Assembly (NCBI GenBank): GCA_965113315.1
Contig: OZ220367.1
Reading direction: 5' to 3' (one strand)
Origin: Podarcis vaucheri
Lineage: Eukaryota
Length of the DNA: 64,000 nucleotides
Under the pieces are notes generated by a model that was not told the origin of the DNA, made no database searches, and was given only the letters and a program-made list of their open reading frames with translations. The position numbers were made by a program, and so were the translations under genes. Shown piece by piece: positions 63,062 to 64,000 of the stretch (its first letter is position 1; the number at the start of each line of letters is the position of its first letter).

Positions 63062-64000
63062 TCATTTGCTCATATATAAGATGGTGGTTGCACAATAAAA
63101 TTACAATAAGAAAGGTGTACAGGGCAATGTAAATACGGTAAATATATTTGCCTCACTGTTTAGGTTTACATGCTATATACAAACCAGGAAAAGAATTCCA
63201 GCAAGCTATTTTTTGCTGCTGTCGTTCTAATGTGCGTTACATTATTAGGGCTACCTGCAGTGATTATGAACGGATCCTTATTTAACCTGTCTTAACAGCG
63301 GTTACACAAGAAACGTAAATTGGATAACAAATACAGCACATTATGTACCATATTTACGTTACCCAAAATTTATTGTATAATTCCCACTTAAACCTCGAGC
63401 GCTTTGTATCAGAATCAGTCCATAACCCTCACAGGTAGTGCCATTAAAGCTATATACTAATGGCCAATGGTGCTCTTCTTTTTGTTTGCAAATATACAAT
63501 TGAATGTGACATGTTACCAAACTCCCCACCACTGGTAGGGGTTTTCGTACATTTTGACCCAGAATGTGCAAGTGAGTATGTGGTAGGTTGGCTGTGGGTT
63601 GTACTGCTGCAGTAAGAATAATATGGAAAAACTGAGATGATATGAGATAATCCTTTACAATATGGGTGAACAATAAGAGGGAATCTCCACTGAAACAAAC
63701 AATAGATGCTCTTGTGCCATTCCCATTCATTTCAATGGGGCTTGCACAGAAAACCTTTCCACTGGTTTGTGTCTCCCTTATCAAGTAGAATTGGCACCAA
63801 TTACATTAAGGCTTTCACTCCCCAACAATTCCTCATTTTTGGAACTCCTCATAGGCTGTTAACAGAAACATCTGACGTGCATAATGCCTCAAAACCTAAC
63901 AGCATTTTTTTTTGCAAGGTATAATTACTTTTTAAGCAAGCGTGCCAGTCAAATTGCTCCACCGTGCATCCAAATAGTTAATAAAGTAAATCCTCTTTCC

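Noticed and set aside
36146-64000. Upstream GRK7 exons (RH domain, VAIK/HRD/DLG region)
   Set aside because: No such ORF appears in the track or by eye; they must lie beyond the window.

Overview
Vertebrate nuclear DNA, almost certainly from a lacertid lizard, judged from abundant Podarcis-type Sauria SINEs, BovB, L2 and CR1 elements. Two host genes lie on the minus strand in the conserved GRK7->ATP1B3 order. For GRK7 (cone opsin kinase), only the last two coding exons are present (36145-35874 and 27135-26814, ending in the CaaX motif CLLL); the intron upstream runs past the window end (>27.8 kb). For ATP1B3 (Na+/K+-ATPase beta-3), the window holds the CpG-island promoter and first coding exon (3401-3293). 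The rest is intronic or intergenic and rich in transposons: 10 Sauria SINEs, Squam2- and Squam3-like SINEs, L2/CR1/BovB 3' fragments, two TA-targeting Tc1/mariner-type MITE families, several hAT-type MITEs with TSDs, solo LTRs, microsatellites and two assembly gaps. Nearly all ORFs in the ORF track are spurious or TE-derived. The least ordinary items are a 3'-truncated 7SK snRNA retrocopy in a GRK7 intron, a MITE family whose copies carry different long internal hairpins, a 135-bp near-perfect palindrome, a CCAAT-rich solo LTR, and several nested insertions that can be ordered in time. I see no convincing novel multi-gene system. All family names were assigned from recalled consensus sequences, not database searches.
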